DNA of 64,000 nt from an uncultured Planctomycetota bacterium (GTDB lineage Bacteria; Planctomycetota; Planctomycetia; Isosphaerales; Isosphaeraceae). Shown here piece after piece: positions 57,301 through 64,000 of the stretch. Location: NCBI GenBank assembly GCA_963823665.1, contig CAWGMQ010000010.1:416001-480000 (forward strand), read 5' to 3'. How positions within the stretch are numbered: the stretch's first letter is position 1; each line of letters opens with the position of its first letter. The notes beneath the pieces are model-generated. The model was not told where the DNA came from. It made no database searches and was given only the letters and a program-made list of their open reading frames with translations. Both the position numbers and the translations under genes were made by a program.

Positions 57301-59844
57301 TCACTGTTTGTCGTCGCTGGCCTTGATCGCTCCTATCCCCGGTCGCGAAGTGTCGCTCGGCTTTTCTTCGGGCGGCACGGGCAGGTCGGCGAAGGGCGCG
57401 TGGTAGGGCGTCTCCGGGAAGAACTGCCTCCACTCTTCCCGTGTGAGGTTGCGGTTGGCGATTTTACGGGCTCGATCCTTCCATGATTCCAGATCGAGGT
57501 CGAGAAGCACCACACCGCTACGGCCACTACTGTCGTTATTGAATCCTGCGGCCAGCGTTTTACCATCGGGGCTGAACGCGAGGCTCCTCACGCTCCCTTC
57601 GGCAACCACGAGGGGCCTTTCCGCGAGCCGCCTCAGCAGCCGGGTATCCCAGAGTACCACACCGCCGTCGGCGCCATCGCTGTCGTGGTATCCCGCGGCC
57701 AGTGTCTTGCCATTGGGACTGAACGCCACGCTGTTGACATACCCTTCGCCAACCTTCAGGGGTTTATCCGCGAGTCGCATGCCGGTGCGGCCATCCCACA
57801 ATACCACACCGCCGGCAACCCCGCCGTTCCAGCACACCCCGGCGAGGATCGACCCGTCGGGGCTGAATGCCACGTCATAAACGTCGCCTTCGGCGACGGT
57901 CAATGTCTTGTCCCTACCCGCAGCGGGCCCTCGGACGTCCCGAACGACCAAACCGCCGCGCTGGCGCTCGGCCCCGTATGCCACGGCGAGTGACTTGGTG
58001 TGGGGGCTGAAGGCCAGATCCGTAAGGTAAGTTTTGGCGAATTCATTCGTGGTCTGTGCGAGCTGTGTGTATCGCCGAGTGTCCCAGAGCAAAACCCCGC
58101 CTGACGGAGTTGCGCGGTACCCGCCAGCGAGCATTGCGCCGTCGGGACTGAAGGCTAAACTGAAGACGTTGCCGCTTCCAGCAATTTCCAGGGGCTTGTA
58201 CAGCAGCCGTGTGCGGTTCGCGGCGTCCCAGAGCACCACTCCGCCGGCACCCACGACTCGGCCATACCCAGCGGCGATGGTCGTGCCGTCCGGGCTGAAC
58301 GCCATGTCCGTGACAAAACCCTCGGGGACGTCCAAGGATTTTTCCGTGAGGGGTGCGCGCTGGCCGGCGTCCCAGAGAGCCACACCGCCGCTGTTGGGCC
58401 GGGTGTACGCCGCCGCGATGGTCGCGCCATCGGGACTGTAGGCCACTTCCAGTACGTTCCCAGCGACGACGAGTGGTTCATCAGCGAGGCTTGAACGTCC
58501 CTGGACGTCGCAGGTCACCGCTCCGCCGCCGGCATCGCGTCGGTACCCGGCGGCCAGGCTTCCGCTGTCGGGGCTAAAGGCCACGCTTGTGACGCCACCG
58601 CCGGCAACCGTCAGCGTCTGGGCGGCCAGGGCCGGGCGCCGCGCCAGCTTCCAAAGCACCGCGCGATCGCCGCAGCCAGCAGCCACAGTTTTACCATCGG
58701 GGCTGAAGGCCACGCTCGTTACGTCGTTCGCGGCAACGGCCAGCGGCTCCCCCGCGAGCCGCTCCCTGCGCGTCACGTCCCATAACATCACGCAGGCGCC
58801 GATCTCGAGCTCGACGCCGGCTGCCAAGGTTTTACCGTCGGGGCTGAATGCCACACTCCGAGCAGACTCGATTCCGCCCAAGGACAATTCGGCCAACCGC
58901 TGCGAATGTGCGATATCGCAGAGTCCGAGCCGGCCACCACATGCGGTGGCGATGGTCGTGCCGTCGCGATTGAAAGCTAGGCCGGAGACCGGGTAGTCTT
59001 CGGAGATGAGCAACGGTTTCTCGGTGAGCCATGTGCGGCTCGCGACGTCCCACAGCACAGCGCTGCCTTCCCGGTCACCCCAGCGGTGTGGCGCGACCAG
59101 GGTCTTGCCAGCGGGGCTGAACGCCAGAGGGCCGAAGAACCCGGTCGACACAGTTCCTTCCTTGAACGCGAGCGGCTTGAAGCCAGACTGGCCCAACCGC
59201 GCCAGGTCCCAGAATAACAGACCACGGATACCTGTCGCGGCGAGCGTTTTGCCGTCGGGGCTGAAGGCCACACTCAACACAGGACCTCCGGAGATGGCCA
59301 GAAGTGGCTCGGCGCGCCGCTTCAGGTCACACAGCAGCAAACCGCCGCCTCGCCAGTTTTCATTGCAGGCCGCGGCCATCGTCTTACCGTCGGGGCTGAA
59401 GGCGACGCTGGTCACGTAGCCCGTGGGCCGGTGAAGGAATGATGTGATTCCAGGCCGGACGAGCAACGCATCCAGTAGGCTGCGGCGGGACTCAAACGTG
59501 TTTTCAACCCAGATCGCTTCGACCGCCAGGATGAGCGCGCGGTCCGGATGTTTGCCTTGCTCCGATTCGGAAAGAGCTTTGATCCGGCGCGCCTCGGCAA
59601 GCCGGAGCTCTGCTCTTGCATTCTGCTCGTTTGTTTTTGCCTTTTGCTCGTTCACCGCCGCCAGGCGTGCCGCCTCGCGCTCGCGCATGGCCGTCGCGGT
59701 GGCCTTCTTCAGATCCTCGCCGGCGAGATTGGCATCAATGTGCACCCTGACGGCCCATATCGCCAGTGCAGTCGAGGCGATAGCAAGCAGCGCCGCGAGG
59801 ACGGCGGTGATGGGGAACCGGTTATCGCGAAAACGCAGACGCAC
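57301..59844 (-). CDS. WD40-repeat protein (14 repeats) with N-terminal TM and coiled coil
   Basis: Fourteen V.S.AFSPDG-type units; C-terminal ANRNLTREEW. Confidence 0.88.
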   Translation of the reverse strand: MRLRFRDNRFPITAVLAALLAIASTALAIWAVRVHIDANLAGEDLKKATATAMREREAARLAAVNEQKAKTNEQNARAELRLAEARRIKALSESEQGKHPDRALILAVEAIWVENTFESRRSLLDALLVRPGITSFLHRPTGYVTSVAFSPDGKTMAAACNENWRGGGLLLCDLKRRAEPLLAISGGPVLSVAFSPDGKTLAATGIRGLLFWDLARLGQSGFKPLAFKEGTVSTGFFGPLAFSPAGKTLVAPHRWGDREGSAVLWDVASRTWLTEKPLLISEDYPVSGLAFNRDGTTIATACGGRLGLCDIAHSQRLAELSLGGIESARSVAFSPDGKTLAAGVELEIGACVMLWDVTRRERLAGEPLAVAANDVTSVAFSPDGKTVAAGCGDRAVLWKLARRPALAAQTLTVAGGGVTSVAFSPDSGSLAAGYRRDAGGGAVTCDVQGRSSLADEPLVVAGNVLEVAYSPDGATIAAAYTRPNSGGVALWDAGQRAPLTEKSLDVPEGFVTDMAFSPDGTTIAAGYGRVVGAGGVVLWDAANRTRLLYKPLEIAGSGNVFSLAFSPDGAMLAGGYRATPSGGVLLWDTRRYTQLAQTTNEFAKTYLTDLAFSPHTKSLAVAYGAERQRGGLVVRDVRGPAAGRDKTLTVAEGDVYDVAFSPDGSILAGVCWNGGVAGGVVLWDGRTGMRLADKPLKVGEGYVNSVAFSPNGKTLAAGYHDSDGADGGVVLWDTRLLRRLAERPLVVAEGSVRSLAFSPDGKTLAAGFNNDSSGRSGVVLLDLDLESWKDRARKIANRNLTREEWRQFFPETPYHAPFADLPVPPEEKPSDTSRPGIGAIKASDDKQ

Positions 59845-60064
59845 GGACAGACGCCCCTATTTTCAAGAGCTCCGAAGGAGTGTGAGGCGGTGCCGAACGG
59901 ACTGACGGCCCCGTTGCCGCATCGTCCCGCGCCCAATCGCAAAACGTCAAGAACCGGCCCGAGGACGCAAGGCGTGCCGAGGCCAGTTCTCTCGGCTGGT
60001 CGTCTTGATCTTGTGCGGTGACGGCTCGATCAGGTCATTCATCGCGAAAGTTTGGAGTTGGTGA

Positions 60065-60094
60065 TTGACACGTCGGAGATTTCCGACATATTAT
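60065..60094 (+). promoter_or_regulatory. Sigma70 promoter with inverted-repeat operator in the spacer
   Basis: TTGACA-N18-TATTAT; GTCGGA-N4-TCCGAC at 60072-60087; ATG 7 nt after the -10. Confidence 0.7.
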
Positions 60095-60101
60095 CCTGGG
60101 C

Positions 60102-60416
60102 ATGAAGACGCCTGATGTTTTCGCGGTTCTGGCCAATCCGGTTCGCCGGCGGATTCTGGAACTACTGGTGGGGCGGCCATACACGGTGAACGAGCTGGTT
60201 GAGGAGTTTGAGTTGCATCGGCCGGCGGTTTCCGAGCACTTGCAGGTGCTCAGGAATGCGAAGCTGGTGCGTGACCACCGGCGTGGTCGCGAGCGTTATT
60301 ACCACCTGGATGCGTCGCGTCTGGTCGAAGTGCATGAATGGCTGGTGCCGTTTACCCGGTACTGGCGCGAGCGCATGAAGGCCCTTGGCGCGGTGCTGGA
60401 CGAGGAGGAACGATGA
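60102..60416 (+). CDS. ArsR/SmtB family transcriptional regulator
   Basis: VFAVLANPVRRRILELL, RPAVSEHLQVLR..LV, GRERYY. Confidence 0.92.
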   Translation: MKTPDVFAVLANPVRRRILELLVGRPYTVNELVEEFELHRPAVSEHLQVLRNAKLVRDHRRGRERYYHLDASRLVEVHEWLVPFTRYWRERMKALGAVLDEEER

Positions 60417-60820
60417 CGGAACGAGGGGTGATTCGATTGTCGCAGTTTATCAGTCATCCGCCCGAGAAGGTGTGGAAGGCGCTCACCGATCCGGAGTTGC
60501 ACGCAAAATGGTGGGCAGCGGGGGATGTGAAGGCGGTGGTCGGGCACCGATTCACGCTGGACATGGGGCAGTGGGGGCAGCAGCCTTGTGAGGTGCTGGC
60601 CGTGGAGCCAGGGCGTCTCTTGAGTTATAGCTTTGCGCCCGGAACGCTCGATTCGACGATCACGTGGCGACTCGATCCGGAAAACGATGGCACGCGTCTG
60701 CACCTGGAGCACGCGGGGTTCGACTTGGATTCGCCGATCGGGAAGATGGCGTTCGAAGGGATGAGGAGTGGGTGGCCGAGCGTGCTGGAGCGGATCGGGG
60801 CGGTTCTCGCACCGGCGTGA
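60413..60820 (+). CDS. SRPBCC/AHSA1 (START-like) domain protein
   Basis: PPEKVWKALTDPE...WW, GTRLHLEHAGF, GW; ATGA overlap with the ArsR gene. Confidence 0.9.
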   Translation: MTERGVIRLSQFISHPPEKVWKALTDPELHAKWWAAGDVKAVVGHRFTLDMGQWGQQPCEVLAVEPGRLLSYSFAPGTLDSTITWRLDPENDGTRLHLEHAGFDLDSPIGKMAFEGMRSGWPSVLERIGAVLAPA

Positions 60821-60918
60821 GCATAGGTTGTGAGCGGCGTGTTCGGCCGCCACTCCCGCTGCCCAAGCCGGGGGGAAGTCAGAGGAGGTATTTGCTTGAG
60901 AAGAGTGGTTCGATCGGA

Positions 60919-62582
60919 TCACTGGTCTTTCGGCTTGGGCTTTGCTGGTGCGGGTGTTGGATCGACGCGAGGGGCGTCGGGTCTGGGGACCACCCGTTCG
61001 TCTGCAAAGGTGATGATTTCGCCGCCTCTGCACGTGATCAGGGCGCGGAGGAAGTCCTTGTCGATGTCGTTGCGGAAAAAGCGCACCGAGCCGTCGGCCA
61101 TTGCTCCGTAGAACCCGTCGTCGAACTGGCGGCCGAGCTTGGGGAGCGGCTTTTTCGGGTCGTACTGGATGTCTTCGGGTTTGGTCCAGGGCACGGGTGT
61201 GCCGGCCTCCACCACGAGCAGCGTGTTTGAGGTGCCATCGTGGATGTCCGCGAATGGAATCCCATCCTTGTTTTCGAATAACGCGCCGGGACCCGTGAAC
61301 ACCTGGTAGTATGTGGAAACTCGTGGCTCGTCGGTGGGGAGCACGGGGGCGTAGACTTCTGGCATCTCTTTGAGCAGGGCCTTGTTGTGGGGGCTATCCC
61401 AGGGCTCGTCGAGATGGAACCGTTTGTAGAGATCGTTTTGCTCCAGGTAGGGCAATGCGGCAACTCGCCAGCTCAAGAGCGGCTTGCCGTCCTTGCTGCG
61501 GATTGCCGCCGACGGAAAGCCCGCCGGGTCATTCAGAGAGGCCAGGTTGTGAAAGGCCAGCGCGATGAACTTCAAGTTATTGATGCATTGTTCACGCGCT
61601 TTCTGCGTATCGTCTTTCTGCGTGGTTTCTTTCTTCTGAACGGGCTGGTCCTGCCCCGGGTTTGCCGCGGCCTGAGCGGCGCTGGTATTCGCCGCGGGCT
61701 GTGACATGGCGAAGAGGACAATTCCCGAGGCGGCCGATCCCGTTGTGAAGACCAGGGCCGTGGCAATGGTGATTTTCTGCAAGGTCATCGTTCTCAGAGC
61801 TCCTGCTGTCAACTGAAAAACCGCGGCCGGAACCGTTCCGGGCGCCAGTGTGGTGGTTCCCGCGACAAGCATCGCAGCCCGGACCGTGGACTCGGTGAGC
61901 CCCACGGGCATGGCGTTCGCCGCCGTCGCGGATTCCGCGAGCGCCAGAGAGCTGGCGGCGACGGTGGCGAACGCCAGACCGCGGCGGGTCAAGCGCTCGC
62001 GCAGCAGGTCTTTGGCCCGAGACACGCGAATGCTCACCGTGCCAGAGGGACATTTGAGGATGCGGGCCGCCTCGGCGTGGGTGCATCCTTCCAGATGGCA
62101 AAGGATCACCGCAGCGCGGTACTTCTCGGGCAGGCGGCCGATTTCTTGATGGAGCGGATCGATCTCATCGAAGCGGGGTATATCCGGTCTCGAAATCGCT
62201 TTCATTTCCGCGCCCCGCTCTTCGTGTTGCTTTCGCCGTGCCACGGCGGTTTTGGCCCGAATGGCCACACGCCGGGCGACGCCGTGCAGCCACGGCCGAT
62301 GGTCTCGCACCGCCGGATCGAGCCGGCGCTTCGCACCAGGATCAAGAAAGTGGCCTGAAACGCGTCTTCGGCGGTGTGTAAATCGGGCGCGATGCTGCGG
62401 CAGATGCTCCAGACCATGGGACCGTGCCGTGTGACCATTGCAGTGAAGGCACGCTGCGCGGACTCTTCATCCCGACGCGCGAGGAACTGTTCGAGGAGCT
62501 CGCGGTCGTTCATACCGGTCGCAGAGCCGGAGTCGAAGAGCGTCTGGATCGACCGGATCACGGAACCCGACCCGCATCTCAT
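60919..62582 (-). CDS. Planctomycete-type ECF sigma factor with TM and DUF1559-like C-terminal extension; frameshift near 62300
   Basis: DRELLEQF, RHGPMV, AEDAFQATF, WLHGVA, LPEKYRAAVILCHLEG; NNLK.I.LA, LSWRV, DGTSNT, PWTKP, ADGSV. Confidence 0.88.
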
Positions 62583-62727
62583 GTCGCTGCCCCCTTTGTT
62601 TCATCCGTTGTCCTGCCCTTTACAGTGCACGACCTGGGGGTTTGCTTTCAAGTTTTTGGGAATTGTGGGGGATTTCTTGGGGAGGGAAGTGCCGCGGGGG
62701 GAGGTGAGTTACGATGCTGTCGAGATA

Positions 62728-62748
62728 CCAGGGGCTGGAAGCCCCTGG
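62728..62748. repeat. REP-like palindrome
   Basis: CCAGGGGCT-GGA-AGCCCCTGG. Confidence 0.55.
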
Positions 62749-63062
62749 ATATTGACCACTCCCCGTTGGGGCAGGATATCGGCAAATGCAGCCTCGTGCG
62801 GGGCGTGGAGGTGAACTGCGATCGAAGACGCACCTTCTCGGAGCGAACGGCCTCGGTCAGCGGGTGGGGGCGGCGATTTTCGAGTTGCAATTCTGGATCG
62901 ACCGGCGGAAACTCGATCGAGCGGCGCAAGCGCGGCGCCGCCTCGCTGGCCTCGGGTTGGTGGATCCGACGAGATTCCTCGCTGGCGCGTCGGGATGATG
63001 TCAGGACGAGCCCGGGGTGCTCGCGAACGCAGCCAAATTCAGACTCGAAGCGGTGCGACGAG

Positions 63063-63317
63063 ATGAAACGCTTCCGCCTGAGCACGCTCTTGCTGCTGAT
63101 CGCGATCATCGCGATCTGCAGCGGGCTGGCCGTTCAGTATGATCGCGCTCTTCGGCGCGAGGCCGAGCTGCGGGCGCGTTTGCAGCAAGTTAAATATGAT
63201 TATACAAAATTGATGAAGGCATACCAGGTGCAGATGCAAGTGGTGAAGACGTACCAGGCGCAACTGCAAGCGGCGCGGCAACAATCGAGCACCGCGCCGC
63301 CGCAGGACGAGCCCTGA
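63063..63317 (+). CDS. Small membrane-anchored coiled-coil protein
   Basis: MKRFRLSTLLLLIAIIA leader common in planctomycetes. Confidence 0.65.
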   Translation: MKRFRLSTLLLLIAIIAICSGLAVQYDRALRREAELRARLQQVKYDYTKLMKAYQVQMQVVKTYQAQLQAARQQSSTAPPQDEP

Positions 63318-63376
63318 GGTCGCCGGACGAAGCCGGGTCCTACCGCATGAGGTCGCCGGGGGGAGCCGGCTCCTAC
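63315..63376 (-). repeat. Two tandem GTAG-type REP-like units
   Basis: TGAGGTCGCCGG...GCCGG.TCCTAC twice between convergent genes. Confidence 0.6.
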
Positions 63377-63401
63377 AGGTGTGGGCGTGTTGCGGCCGTG
63401 G

Positions 63402-64000
63402 TTACTGCTGAGCGGCTCGGCGTCTTCTCAGCTTGATCGATACGGCGAGACCCGCGATCGCGGCGGTGAAGACGAGGAACGAAGAGGGCTCGGGCACGGC
63501 TTGGGCGGCCGATCTGGGCGATGTAGCCATCGGCCGCCGTGGTGGGGTGCTCGGAATCCCAGAAGAGATAGCCGTTGCCATTCAACGACGAGTTGATTGC
63601 CGAGCCGGTCACGTTTGTGAAGCCGAACTGGGAGGGGTTGGCCATCACGTTTGTCATCAAGGTCTGGACGTCGGCGATGTGAATCTGGACTCCCAGGCTC
63701 TTCTGAAGGGATGTGGCTTCGGCCTGTAATGTCTGGTTGAAACCGACTGACCAGGCGTCGAGCGCGGTGCGCTGGGTCTGCGAGAGGTTGCTTGACGCGG
63801 GGATCTCGCCGAGCAACGGCAAATTGGGGATCAAGAACTGCTTGGCGCCAGCGTTTGCCAGGGTGGTGATCTCGTTGGCGATGTCCTGGGCGGGCACGGT
63901 GGGGTTGGCCTGGTTGCCGATCAAGAGGTTATTGGCGCCGGCCCAGATGGTGAAGAGCTCATTTGATGTCGGGGTGTGGGCAGAGAGATACATGGCGATC
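63402..64000 (-). CDS. SGNH/GDSL hydrolase with PEP-CTERM sorting signal (5' part outside window; frameshift near 63510)
   Basis: WAGANN, PNLP, FWDSEHPT; alternate frame gives VPEPSSFLVFTAAIAGLAVSIKLRRRR. Confidence 0.85.

Noticed and set aside
10351..64000. Frameshifts as programmed recoding or mass pseudogenisation
   Set aside because: They affect unrelated genes including glgA and GH57, motifs stay intact across frames, and no shared slippery site is evident; sequencing indels are more parsimonious. Read polishing would decide.

Overview
GC-rich window whose gene content (DUF1559 prepilin-like protein, LE.R.LL extracellular motifs, membrane-anchored ECF sigma, PEP-CTERM) points to a planctomycete, probably Isosphaeraceae-like; this is inference from gene families. 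Many genes, including glgA, carry single frameshifts, probably long-read indels, so I joined ORFs where motifs continue across frames. Left part: DHH phosphoesterase plus membrane patatin pair, a Tat flavin amine oxidase, tmRNA (ssrA) and a patchwork of gene remnants. Best candidate for an undescribed system is 10351-22447, an apparent operon of a DNase I-like (EEP) enzyme with intact catalytic motifs, two paralogous Zn-finger HNH-like proteins lacking the catalytic His/Asn, and a ~2,900-aa beta-rich protein with a hydrophobic Ala-rich segment and FN3-like repeats. Middle: ~4,700-aa surface protein (five P-domains, Asp-box propellers, nine Ig-like repeats, Calx-beta) divergent from an S53 protease. 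Right: glgA-GH57-galT-GH57 cluster, lnt, moeA, WD40 protein, ArsR/SRPBCC pair, ECF sigma, GDSL-PEP-CTERM. No CRISPR array, rRNA, intact tRNA, transposase or integrase seen. Family calls are from motif recognition only; no searches were run.
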